From Eledone cirrhosa (Eukaryota), in NCBI GenBank assembly GCA_964016885.1, contig OZ024747.1, forward strand, positions 3,162,001 through 3,226,000: 64,000 nt of DNA. Reading direction: 5' to 3'. The translations under genes were made by a program, and so were the position numbers. This document shows positions 38,817-53,306 of this stretch, one piece after another (the first letter of the stretch is position 1; each line of letters starts with the position of its first letter). The notes below the pieces were generated by a model. It made no database searches, was not told where the DNA came from, and saw only the letters and a list, made by a program, of their open reading frames with translations.

Positions 38817-38868
38817 TATATATATATATATATATGAATATATATATATATGAATATATATATATATA

Positions 38869-38910
<42 letters not shown>

Positions 38911-38958
38911 TATATATATATATATATATATGAATATATATATATATATATATATATA

Positions 38959-38996
<38 letters not shown>

Positions 38997-39026
38997 TATA
39001 TATATATATGAATATATATATATATA

Positions 39027-39086
<60 letters not shown>

Positions 39087-39354
39087 TATATATATATATA
39101 TATATATATGAATATATATATATATATATATATATGAATATATATATATATATATATATATGAATATATATGAATATATATATATATGAATATATATATA
39201 TATGAATATATATATATATATATATATATATTCATATATATATATATATGAATATATATATATATATTCATATATATATATGAATATATATTCATATATA
39301 TATATATATATTCATATATATATATATGAATATGAATATATATATATATGAATA

Positions 39355-39530
<176 letters not shown>

Positions 39531-39592
39531 TATATATATATATATATGAATATATATATATATATATATATATGAATATATATATATATATA

Positions 39593-39634
<42 letters not shown>

Positions 39635-39698
39635 TATATATATATATATATGAATATATATATATATATATATATATATGAATATATATATATATATA

Positions 39699-39734
<36 letters not shown>

Positions 39735-39750
39735 TATATATATATATATA

Positions 39751-39894
<144 letters not shown>

Positions 39895-39936
39895 TATATA
39901 TATATATATATATATATGAATATATATATATATATA

Positions 39937-40044
<108 letters not shown>

Positions 40045-40372
40045 TATATATATATATATATATATGAATATATATATATATATATATATGAATATATATA
40101 TATATATATATATATGAATATATATATATATATATATATATGAATATATATATATATATATATATGAATATATATATATATATATATATATGAATATATA
40201 TATATATATATATATGAATATATATATATATATATATATATGAATATATATATATATATATATATATGAATATATATATATATATATATATATGAATATA
40301 TATATATATATATATATATATGAATATATATATATATATATATATATGAATATATATATATATATATATATA

Positions 40373-40436
<64 letters not shown>

Positions 40437-40552
40437 TATATATATATATATATATATATGAATATATATATATATATATATATATGTATATGAATATATA
40501 TATATATGTATATGAATATATATATATATATATATGAATATATATATATATA

Positions 40553-40636
<84 letters not shown>

Positions 40637-40720
40637 AAGTTATATTTAAAATTGTTGGGTTACAACTAGTAAATATTTATAACTGATATAAAAGCACTCG
40701 ACAAATATTTGGAGTATATT

Positions 40721-41053
40721 TACAATATTAAATAAATGGAAAACTATATTTATAAAACCATATCTATTTCACTATATATATTTCGGGGATATCATATTAA
40801 CAATATGCTATGCCTTCATCAGACAAAATACAATATAAACAGTTTTATAGATAAATATATTCGACATACCGTAATAAACATCAACTTCATTTGAAGAGGT
40901 TTACTCTAGTCGAATATATTTATCTATAAAACTGTTTATATTGTATTTTGTCTGATGAAGGCATAGCATATTGTTAATATGATATCCCCGAAATATATAT
41001 AGTGAAATAGATATGGTTTTATAAATATAGTTTTCCATTTATTTAATATTGTA
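40721..41053. repeat. Foldback: 145-bp inverted arms, 43-bp spacer
   Basis: 40721-40865 is the reverse complement of 40909-41053; the minus-strand element extends unpaired to ~40633; embedded in (TA)n. Confidence 0.92.
40944..41009 (+). ncRNA. Type I hammerhead ribozyme motif (mirror copy 40765-40830, minus)
   Basis: UAUUUUGU-CUGAUGA-AGGCAUAGCAUAUU GUU AAUAUGAUAUCCCC-GAAA-UAUAUA-UA-GUGAAAUA; stem I needs three G.U pairs, stem II has mismatches. Confidence 0.68.
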
Positions 41054-41093
41054 TATATATATATATATATATGAATATATATATATATATATA

Positions 41094-41306
<213 letters not shown>

Positions 41307-41316
41307 TATATATATA

Positions 41317-41392
<76 letters not shown>

Positions 41393-41415
41393 TATATATA
41401 TATATATATGAGTAT

Positions 41416-42018
41416 GGAGATCAGATTAGCATGGGAGGAGGGTGTTCCGAGGCCATAGTATCTAGAATAAGGACGGGTTGGAAGAAGTTTAGGGAGCTGC
41501 TTCCTCTGTTGACGAAGAAGGGTTTCTCCCTGCGTACGAAAGGCCGGTTGTATGATGCCTGTGTGAGGAGCGCGATGCTGCATGGTAGTGAGACATGGGC
41601 AGCTACCGCAGAAGATATGCGACGGCTGGAGAGAAATGAGGCAAGCATGCTCCGTTGGATGTGCAATGCCAATGTGCGTGAACGACCCAGCATAAATGTG
41701 TTGAGAGAGAAACTGTGTCTGAGAGGGATAGAATGTAGTGTACGGGAGAGGAGACTGAGGTGGTATGGACATGTGATGCGCATGGAGGATGACCGATGGG
41801 TGAAGAAGTGCCAGGAAATGCCAGTTGAAGGAAGACGTGGTAGAGGTAGACCACGAAAAACATGGGCGGAGGTGGTGAGAACAGACCTCAGATCATTGAA
41901 GCTCACGGTGGAGATGACGAGGGACCGTGACGAGTGGAGAAATGCTGTGCTGAATAAGACCCGTCCCACCCTTGCAAGCAGGGAAAAGCGGACGTAAAAT
42001 GATGATGATGATGATGAT
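41416..42018 (+). mobile_element. 5'-truncated RTE LINE, subfamily 'A' (very short 3' end)
   Basis: ORF 41431-41997 GGGCSE...LHGSETW...[11 protein letters not shown]...GRPRKTW runs into CCCGTCCCACCCTTGCAAGCAGGGAAAAGCGGACGTAAAA(TGA)n. Confidence 0.92.
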
Positions 42019-42038
42019 ATATATATATATATATATGA

Positions 42039-42073
<35 letters not shown>

Positions 42074-42104
42074 TATATATATATATATGAGTATATATAT
42101 ATAT

Positions 42105-43023
42105 AGTACCACCAATCTCTGGGAGGGCCCTGTAGAAACAGTAGACAGCTTCTGCTACCTAGGTGACCGAATTAGCAACGGAGGTGGGTGCTCAGAAAGT
42201 ACAATAACTAGGGTAAGAACGGGATGGAAGAAGTTTAGGGAACTACTACCACTGCTAGCTGCAAAAGGCTTCTCCCTCAGAATGAAAGGCAGACTGTATG
42301 ATGCGTGTATCCGAACAGCGATGTTGCATGGTAGTGAGACCTGGGCGCTGAAGGTGGAAGACCTACGTAGATTAGAGAGAAACGAAGCCTGCATGCTCCG
42401 ATGGATGTGTAACAGTAATATACGTGAACGACAAAGCATAAATGAATTGAGAGAGAGACTGAGCATAAGAGGAATCAAATGCTGCGTGCAGGAGAGGCGG
42501 TTACGCTGGTATGGACATGTGATGCGTATGAAGGATGACAGCTGCATAAAAAGGTGCAGAGCACTAGAAGTTGATGGAAACCGCGGAGTGGGGAGACCCA
42601 AGATGACTTGGGATGAGGTGATAAAAGCCGACCTTACCCAACTACACCTCTCAAAGTCAATGACACACGACCGTGACTTCTGGCGTCACGCAGTAATACA
42701 GGGTACCCGACCTCCCATGGGTACATGCTGAAGCATATAAACAATATGCCCCCCCCCCCCCACCGCAAGGTGGTCGTGGAGGTGCCACGGCAAAAAAGCA
42801 CCCAGCCCACACTGTAAAGTGGACGTGTAGGCGCCACGAAAAAGCACCCAGCACTCACTGTAAATGAGGTTGGTGTTAGGAAGGGCATCCAGCTGTAGAA
42901 ATCAAGCCAGATCAGTTCCTGTATGAGCAAGGCATGGTCAGCCGACCAGACACTGCCCACAACAGGACAACCCGTCTAACCCATGCTAGCGTGGAAGAAC
43001 GGACGTAAAACGGTGATGATGAT
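42105..43023 (+). mobile_element. 5'-truncated RTE LINE, subfamily 'B'
   Basis: RTE C-terminal ORF (42069-42731 in track), ~290 bp 3' UTR matching 30480-30779, (GAT)n tail. Confidence 0.92.
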
Positions 43024-43081
43024 ATATATATATATATATATTCATATATGAGTATATATATATATTCATATATGTGTATAT

Positions 43082-43993
43082 ATCATCATCATCATCGTTT
43101 AACGTCCATATTCCACGCTTGCATGGGTTTGGACGGGAGTTTTCCCACTTGAAGCAAGAGTGGTTGTCTTGCTCGCATAGGACTGTCTGGCGGGTTTTCT
43201 ACGGCTGGATGCCCTTCCTAACACCAACCACATTTACAGTGTGGACTGGGAGGTTTTTACCATGTTACCTACACGACCACATTACAGTGTGTTTTTTGTC
43301 GTGACACCTACACGACCTCATTTGTTTTGGGCTGGATGTTGTGGTACCAACATAACTTTACATTGAAAGGGGTGGGGCTAGTGGGACGGGGGTGTATTTT
43401 GTTAGAGGTGCCTACTGACTGTAGTAGGTTTCACTTTATACTTAGGTAAGGCGGGTCTTCTCTATTACTGTGTAGCGCCAAAGATCTCGGTCCTGTGACA
43501 TTGTCTTGGAGAGGTGTAAATGTGTGAGATCGGAATTTATCATGTCGTCCCAGGTTTTTCTGGGTCTGCCTACTCTGTGGCTACCGTCTATCTTTATTGC
43601 CCTGCACTTTGTTATACAGCTGTCGTCTTTCATGCGCATCACGTGACCATACCAACGTAGTCTTCTCTTGAGTAGACAACATCTGATCCCTCTTATTTCT
43701 AATTTTTCCCTTAGTTCATTTTTGCTTTGCCGTTCACGTATATTACTATTACACATCAAGCGGAGCATGCAATCTTCGTTCCTCTCCAGTCTGCGTAGAT
43801 CCTCTGCACACAATGCCCATGTCTCACTGCCATGCAACATTGCTGTTCGTATGCAGGCATCATACAGCTTGCCTTTCATTTTTAGGGAGAACCCTTTAGC
43901 GGCTAATAGTGGTATAAGCTCTCTGAACTTTTTCCATCTAGTTCTGACTCTAGCTACTGTACTTTCAGAGCACCCTCCCCCACTGCTGATTTT
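43082..43993 (-). mobile_element. 5'-truncated RTE LINE, subfamily C
   Basis: [13 protein letters not shown]...KTRLT nearly identical to the C-terminus of 33837-36938; same 3' UTR and tail. Confidence 0.92.
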
Positions 43994-44315
43994 GTATATA
44001 TATATATTCATATATGTGTATATATATATTTATATATGTTTATATATATATATTCATATATGTTTATATATATATATTCATATATGTGTATATATATATA
44101 TATTCATATATGTGTGTATATATATGTATATATATATATATATATATATAAAGAATTAGTATATCTACCAACATATTTATACAGAAGTATACTTATGCTA
44201 GCAAGATATAGGTTTTGTCTTAGTAACTTTGAGGTTCAATACAAAAATGTACAACAATATATGATAGACGTAAAATATGAAAATTATAATAATTAACTTA
44301 CTTACTTAAGTTTCA

Positions 44316-45929
44316 CATATATGCATATATGTGTTTATATATATATATATATATGCATATATTTGTATATATATATATGCATATATGTGTAGATATATAT
44401 TATAATATATATATATATGCATATAATGCATATATATATGTGTATATATGCATATATGTATGTGTATATATGCATATATGTATATATATACATGCATATA
44501 TGTGTATATATATATATGCATATATGTATATATATATAATTCATATATATATGTGTGTATATATAGATATATGCATATATGTATATATATAATGCATATA
44601 TATGTGTGTATATATATATATATGCATATATGTATATATATAATGCATATATATATGTGTATATATATATATGCATATATGTATATATATAATGCATATA
44701 TAAATATGCATGTATATATATAATGCATATATATATATGTGTATATATATATATATATGCATATATGTATGTATGTAATGCATATATATATTCATGTATA
44801 TATATAATGCATATATGTATATATATAATGCCTATATGTGTATATATATGTGTGTATATATATGTGTGTATATATATGTGTATATATATATATGTGTATA
44901 TATGCATATATGTATATATATGCATATATGTATATATATGTATATGCATATATGTATATATATGTATATGCATATATGTATATATATATATATGCATATA
45001 TGTATATATATATATATGCATATATGTATATATATATATATGCATATATGTATATATATATATATGCATATATGTATATATATATATATATATGCATATA
45101 TGTATATATATGCATATATGTATATATATATATGCATATATGTATATATGTATATATATATATATGTATATATGTATATATGTATATATATATATATGTA
45201 TATATGTATATATGTATATATATATATATGTATATGATGCATATATGTATATATATATATATGCATATATGTATATATATATATATGCATATATGTGTAT
45301 ATATATATATGCATATATGTGTATATATATATATGCATATATGTGTATATATATATATGCATATATGTGTATATATATATATGTGTATATATATATATGC
45401 ATATATGTGTATATATATATATGCATATATGTGTATATATATATATGCATATATGTGTATATATATATATGCATATATGTGTATATATATATATGCATAT
45501 ATGTGTGTATATTTATATATGCATATATGTGTATATATATGCATATATGTGTATATATATGCATATATGTGTGTATATTTATATATTTATATATGTGTAT
45601 ATATATGCATATATGTGTATATATATGCATATATGTGTATATATATGCATATATGTGTATATATATATATGCATATATGTGTATATATATATATATGCAT
45701 ATATGTGTATATATATATATGCATATATGTGTATATATATATATGCATATATGTATATATATATATGCATATATGTGTATATATATATGCATATGTGTAT
45801 ATATATATATATATATATGTGTATATATATATATATATGCATATATGTGTAAATATATATATGTGTATATATATATATGCATATATGTGTATATATATAT
45901 ATGTGTATATATATATATATGCATATGTG

Positions 45930-46009
<80 letters not shown>

Positions 46010-46015
46010 TATATA
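44316..46015. repeat. TA/TG/TGCA compound microsatellite field
   Basis: Units such as GCATATATGTGTATATATATAT. Confidence 0.93.
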
Positions 46016-46086
46016 AACAAACATCCCGTATTAAGCCGTAGTGTCTAGCAACCATCGTTGCTCGTTTGTTCAACACTGACAAAGGA

Positions 46087-46129
46087 ACGCTGTACTAGTT
46101 TCAAGCTTATTAGCTATCATCAGCAACGT
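46087..46129 (-). ncRNA. Type I minimal hammerhead ribozyme in an unrelated repeat
   Basis: ACGUUG-CUGAUGA-UAGC UAAUAA GCUU-GAAA-CUAG-UA-CAGCGU; 6-bp stem I, palindromic ACUAGU stem III, U.U at the base of stem II. Confidence 0.72.
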
Positions 46130-46423
46130 ATACCTTCCTGCCAGATGGTTGAATGTCTGAAAGTATATACTTTCCTCATGCATATTAACGGCTGACCAGC
46201 CTGATTTTCATGTCGAATGGGTTAATCAGCCGGGTGCACCGAAAACGATAAACGGAAAAAATGAAACGAAATTTCATTTCCCACTCTTAGTACGGCTGTT
46301 ACTTAAATATAAGTATGTATATGTACATACATATATGTATACAGACGTACAGTAGTATGTATATATATACATACATGCACACATATCGGCCGGGTGCATC
46401 GAAAATGATAAAAGGAACAAATG

Positions 46424-48602
46424 GTCTTCTTGGGTCTCCTCACTCCACGGCTTCCATTAACTTCTAGTGCTCTGCAGCTTTTTATGCAGCTGTCATCCTT
46501 CATACGCATCACATGTCCATACCAACACATCCGCCTCTCCTGCACACAGCATTTGATTCCTCTTATGCTCAGTCTCTCTCTCAATTCATTTATGCTTTGC
46601 ATTTCACCTATATTACTATTACACATCCATCGGAGCATGGAGGCTTCGTTTCTTTCTAATCTACGTAATTCTTCCACCTTCAGCGCCCAGGTCTCACTAC
46701 CATGTAACATTGTTGTTCAGATATACGCATCATACAGTCTGCCTTTCATTTTGAGGGAGAAGCCTTTTGCAGCTAGCAGTGGCAGTAGTTCACTGAACTT
46801 CTTTGATCCTGTTCTTACCCTAGTTATTGTACTTTCTGAACACTCACCTCCGCTGCTAATTCGGTCACCTAGGTAGCAGAAGCTGTCTACTGTTCTTACC
46901 GAGCCCTCCCAGAGATTGGTGGTACTTGTTTCCTGTGGCTGTTTGCTGCTTGCTGTCCCAGCGCAGCTGCTACATGTGAAGCCTACATTCTTAATTAAGC
47001 TTCCTGAGATCCCGCTACATCTCTTGTGTACCCATTGTTTGCATTTTGGGCAGAGAATGGAGTTCCTACCTACACCTTTCCTACATACTGAGCAAGGCCA
47101 TTTCCCTGAGGGGATCTGGGTTCTGTTTTCTCGTCTATTTACAAGGACCTTTGTCTTTGTCATGTTGACTTTGAGACCCTTTTTTTCTAGTCCCTGCTTC
47201 CAAGTTTGGAATTTCTTCTCTAGTTCTACCATAGATTCAGCTATAAGGGTGAGGTCATCTGCATACAGGAGTTCCCATGGATGGGCATCCAGTCTTAAAC
47301 TTCTCCATTATTGCCTGCAGGACTATGATGAACAGGAGTGGGCTAAGAACAGAGCCCTGGTGGACACCGACCTGTACGCTAAATTCCTCGCTATATTCAT
47401 TGCTAATCCTAACTTTGCTGACTGCTCCCCTATACATGGCTTGTACAGCTTTCACAAGCCATTCATCTACTCCTAGTTTTCTAAGAGCCCACCAGATTAT
47501 AGCACGTGGAACTCTGTCAAAGGCTTTCTCGAGATCGACGAATGCCAGGTAGAGTGGCTTACTTTTAGCTAGGTACTTTTCCTGTAACTCCCTCACAAGG
47601 AAGAGGCCATCAGTGGTGCCTCTTCCTGGTACAAACCCAAATTGCATCTCATCTAGTTTCACCCGGACCCTAATCAACTGTGCTATAACTCTTTCTGTTA
47701 CTTTCATGACCTGGTCCATCAACTTTATACCTCTATAGTTTCCTCTATCTAGTGCATCGCCTTTACCTTTGTAGCAGTTGACAATGATGCTACTGCACCA
47801 ATCTTTTCGTATGACACATTCTAGTATTACCTGGTTAACAATACGTGTGGTTATAGTGTGACCTACAGACCCAGATGCCTTCAGCATCTCGGCAGCTATA
47901 CCCGATGGACCGGTTGCCTTCCCCATCTTCATATATCTGATTGCCTTACTTACTATGCTGCTGCTGACTTGTACTGCTGGCCCCTCTATAGGGTCTACTT
48001 GGGGTAGGGTCTCTTCTTCCCATGCATTCTCCTCATTTAGTAATCTATCATAATGGCTCTTCCATGCATCTTTCTTCTCAGCACTTGTGAGGGCAAGCTG
48101 ACCTTTATCATTCTGGATACACTTCTCTCCAATGACATCACAATTCTCTCTGACACACTGCCTCGCAATCTTGAACACCTCCTGTTTTTGGTCCTCACGT
48201 TGCAAAACATGCTTGAATTTTCTATCCTCTGCTTTTCTCCTAGCTAAGTATACTTGTCGCCTAGCTTCCCTCTTGATCTCTATGTAATATACCCTGCTTC
48301 ACCCATTCTTCCATTCTTTCCATGCTTGTCTCTTGGCTTTAACTGCCTCATCTACCTTATTGTTCCACCACCAAGTCACTATCCTCCTGCTTGTGGTTTT
48401 ACTCCAGCCACAGATCTCATCCGTCGCCTCTAGTAAGTAATTTTTAGGAACTCCCAGTGCTCTTTTACATTGAATGTCTCTATCTGTTCTTCTTTACTGT
48501 CGTAGGCGTTGAGTAAAATATCTTTAAATCTGTTACTGGCCGAGGGGTCTTTCAGCTTCCAGATCTTTCTTCTCCAGGTTGGCCTCTGTTTCCAGGTTCG
48601 TC
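46424..48602 (-). mobile_element. Internal RTE LINE fragment, subfamily B, frameshifted, lacking both ends
   Basis: Successive ORFs 47255-48205, 46717-47232 and 46303-46710 align to the RTE protein from RRKIWKLKDP to RPKKT. Confidence 0.9.
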
Positions 48603-48664
48603 AAGTAACCATGCTTTGCTCATACAGAACTGCTTTTGGCTTGCTTTCTACAGCTGGATGCCTT

Positions 48665-49190
48665 TCCATTCACAGTATGTGCTGGGTGCTTTTTGCTGTG
48701 ACACCTACACAACCACTTTACAGTATGGGCTGTGTGCTTTTTGTCATGACACTTACACAAACACTTTACAGTATGTGTTGGGTGCTTTTTGTCATGATGC
48801 CTACACAACCACTTTACAATGTGGGCTGTGTGCTTTTTGTCACGAAACCTACATGACTACTTTACAGTGTGGGCTGAGTGCTTTTTGTCATGACACCTAC
48901 ATGACTACATTACATGTGTGGGCTGTGTGCTTTTTGTCATGACACCTACATGAACACTTTACCGTATGTTCTGGGTGCTTTTTGTCATGATGCCTACACA
49001 ACCACTTTATAGTGTGGGCTGTGTGCTTTTTGTCATGAAACCTACACAACCACTTCACAGTGTGGGCTGTGGGTTTTTTTTCATGTCACCTACATGACCA
49101 CTTTACAGTGTGGGCTGAGTGCTTTTTGTCATGTCACCTACATGACCACTTTACAGTGTGGGATGTAGGCGTTTTTGTTGTGACACCTAC
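48665..49190 (-). repeat. Diverged 48-bp array (~11 copies), same unit family as 12068-13339
   Basis: Units like GTGCTTTTTGTCATGACACCTACATGACCACTTTACAGTGTGGGCTGA. Confidence 0.88.
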
Positions 49191-50557
49191 CTACAGTAAT
49201 GTATATATATATATATGTTTAGTTAGTTTTGAAAGAGCAATACTTCTGACCATTTTCAGATAACCTTGAAAAGGAGACCTGGTCTAAATACTTGCTACAG
49301 AGTGGACTCTGCCAAAGGCACCAAAGTGCTATGTGGCACTGATAAACTAATCAACAGTTTAATTCTATCACTCAAGTAAGCGAAAGTGTGGTTTGAACTT
49401 AGAACATAAAAGGCTGGAACTAATACTGCAGTGCTTCATGTCCAACACTGTAATAATTCCACCAATCCACTGCCCAGGACTGGTGCTTCATTTTATGAAT
49501 GTTGCAAAGATGAAAGGCAAAGTTGACCTTGGAAGAATTTGAACTTAGAGAGGAGAATCAGATAAACAAATACTGCAAGGTATTTTCACTGACACTAACA
49601 TCTCTGCCAATTCATTGACCTTATTTGGTTGACTAAATATTCCAAGCAAATTATAGATATAGGGGAAAATGGTGTTTCAGCTGTCTTTCATTGGTCCTTA
49701 ATATTAGACAAAAGTGGAGAAAGGAGTAGTGGTATATTACACAAACACTAATATTTATAACTAGATAGCCAGCACTATGCATTATATTCTTTTGTTAATT
49801 GATTAATATAGAAAGGAATGATAGCTCATATATCCTAACCTTGACATAACATTATGGAAAAATTATTTCACATATGAAATTTAATATTTCAAAATAATTA
49901 CTTTAACGTTAATTTTAAATTGTATTTTAAAGTAAATATTTCAGTGTGGTTACTAGACTCTAGTTAGATTTGCTGACCATTATTAGTCAGGATAGCCAGA
50001 CCATCAGAAATAAATGAAAATATACATTACCGTTTTCACACAAGAGCTGTTTTATTTGAAAACAGTATGAAGCCAAATTTTTATTTCTCATTAAGGTGGA
50101 AGTCACATATTTTCATTGAAATACATAAATATAGTTTAAAGTCTCATAAAAATATAATCAGGAATAAAATTTGAAAAACCTGAATAGAAATCTTAAAATG
50201 TTTCATATTTGAAATACTGTCCTTATTTCAAAATGATAGCATAATCTATTTTAAATATATTTATCGAAATATGATACATTGCATGGAAATATTTTGAAAA
50301 ACTGTGTTTTAGGCAGCCCCAAATATTTCTTAGATACCTATTAATGGTCTGGTCCCCTTGTGATATAAATTACACAAAAAAATGGTTAAAAGAATAATGC
50401 TGATATAATCAATAAAACAAGCAGAGAGAATCAATAATCCTGCAAAACAATGTCATTGATTCTTTATTCTGAGTTGTAGATCCGTATTTCTTGGATTCTA
50501 AAAACAGAGTCTTATATATATATATAATTGTGCATATATATATATATATATATAATT

Positions 50558-50594
<37 letters not shown>

Positions 50595-50849
50595 TACATA
50601 TATATATATATATATATATAATTATACATATATATATATATATGTATAATTATACATATATATATATCTATATAATTATACACATATATATATATATATA
50701 TAATTTTATATATATATATATGTATATATAATTATATATATATATATATAATTATACATATATATATGTATATATAATTATATATATATATATAATTATA
50801 CATATATATATATATATATAATTATACATATATATATATATATATAATT

Positions 50850-50896
<47 letters not shown>

Positions 50897-50899
<3 letters not shown>

Positions 50900-51158
50900 A
50901 ACAAGATGGCGTAGGACAGAACAAAGGAACAAAGGAGAGGCACAAAAACAAAGAAAAGAATCCCCAGTCACTGACGAGGTCAGAGAATGTGTGACGAAAG
51001 AACTTTGACAATATATAAACAACCATTTGGTTGTGGAACCAACCAACCAACCGGAAATTTATAAATTCCTCAATTTATAAATTTATTATAATAAATTGAA
51101 GTGAAAGCAACTGGTGCGTGTGTTTCTTATTGGCAACATGACCCTCCCAAAGTATAAC
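50897..51158 (+). mobile_element. Second copy of the hammerhead-carrying repeat
   Basis: Colinear with the reverse complement of 38459-38717; (CCAA)n run; lies between TA microsatellite fields. Confidence 0.8.
50967..51009 (+). ncRNA. Type I minimal hammerhead ribozyme
   Basis: GUCA-CUGACGA-G-GUCA GAGAAUGUG UGAC-GAAA-GAAC-UU-UGAC; core differences from the 38.6 kb copy fall at tolerated N7 and H17, others in distal stem II/loop. Confidence 0.75.
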
Positions 51159-51711
51159 AATATCGGTTTCAACACACGTTTTCAGATAAAGAATCTTGCT
51201 AAACAAATTCAGAAATGAAATATATATATATAATTATATATATATATATTATATATATATAATATATATATATAATATATATATATATATAATATAGTAA
51301 TAATAATACATACATATATATATATATAATTATACATACATATATAATTATATATATATATATATATAATTATACATATATATATATGTATGTATATATA
51401 ATTATACATACATATATAATTATATATATATATATATAATTATACATATATATATGTATGTATATATGTATAATATTATACATATATATATAATTATATA
51501 TATGTATAATATTATACATATATAATTATACATACATATATATATGTATGTATATATGTATAATATTATACATATATATATAATTATACATACATATATA
51601 TATGTATGTATATATGTATAATATCATACATATATATATATAATTATACATACATATATATATATGTATGTATATATGTATAATATTATACATATACATA
51701 TAATTATACAT

Positions 51712-51743
<32 letters not shown>

Positions 51744-52278
51744 ATGATACATATATATATAATTATACATACATATATATATATGCATGTATATATGTAT
51801 AATATTATACATATATATATAATTATACATATATATATATATATGCATATATATATGTATAATATTATACATATATATATAATTATACATACATATATAT
51901 ATATATATATAATATTATGAAACAATTATACATATATTTGTATCACATATATATATATATATATACTATATATATATTACATATATATATATACATACAA
52001 ACACACACACACATACACATATATATATGTGTGTGTATGTGTGTGTGTATTTGTACATATATATTAACAATACAGAATGTCTAATTTCTATGCTGAATGG
52101 AATAGAAAGAAAAACTGAAATTTTCTCCTTTACTGAAATGTAAACATGCTATCCTGGTATTAGAGGCTTGATATTGGAAAAGAAGAGTTATCACTGCCTC
52201 TTTTAATGGTGTGTCTTAATTATTCTAGCAATTGAAATTATTCTATGTGTACAGAAAATAATCTTCACACACACACAC

Positions 52279-52316
<38 letters not shown>

Positions 52317-52331
52317 CTATATACATATATT

Positions 52332-52383
<52 letters not shown>

Positions 52384-52406
52384 AATATATATATATATAT
52401 ATATAT

Positions 52407-52441
<35 letters not shown>

Positions 52442-52516
52442 AATATATATATATATATACATATATATACAAATATATATATATATATATATATATAAAT
52501 ATAAATATATACAAAC

Positions 52517-52551
<35 letters not shown>

Positions 52552-52578
52552 AATATAAATATATACAAACATATATAT

Positions 52579-52621
<43 letters not shown>

Positions 52622-52644
52622 AATATATATATATATATATATAT

Positions 52645-52739
<95 letters not shown>

Positions 52740-52756
52740 CAAATATATATATATAT

Positions 52757-52787
<31 letters not shown>

Positions 52788-52858
52788 CAAATATATATAT
52801 ATATACAAATATATATATATATACAAATATATATATATATACAAATATATATATATAT

Positions 52859-52925
<67 letters not shown>

Positions 52926-52999
52926 AATATATATATATATATATAAATATTATATATATATATATATTATATATATATGATTGTATAGGACTGTCTAAA

Positions 53000-53306
53000 G
53001 TAATTATTTGTGACTCATTCCCATGTTAAATCTACTTCTTTGCGGCAGGAATCTAAAGCAGGTTTCCGTTTCCCTTCCATGGGAACCATAAACAGCCTGT
53101 CATTGGCTGCAGCAGACATTACATATACACTTGATAGGACTGCAGATCTGACTCTCTCTCTCGCTCTCTGATATTCACACAACAACACAGACCAAACTAC
53201 ACAGTACTGCCAAGCATACAGCAGCAGCAGTAACTATACAACTCTACAGCAGGATATACATCTCAGCTAACTACACTCTGGAGACTATTTACCTGCTTTG
53301 GTGAGT
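53000..53306 (+). promoter_or_regulatory. Candidate host promoter / non-coding first exon ending at a splice donor
   Basis: Unique, less AT-rich island with TGACTCA (53011-53017), ATTGG (53102-53106), pyrimidine tract, CAG-rich leader and TTG|GTGAGT donor at 53300/53301. Confidence 0.4.

Larger units (their letters stand above)
50513..52980. repeat. TA-based compound microsatellite fields (TAATTATACA and TACAAA variants)
   Basis: Read directly; interrupted at 50897-51220 and 52065-52262. Confidence 0.9.
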
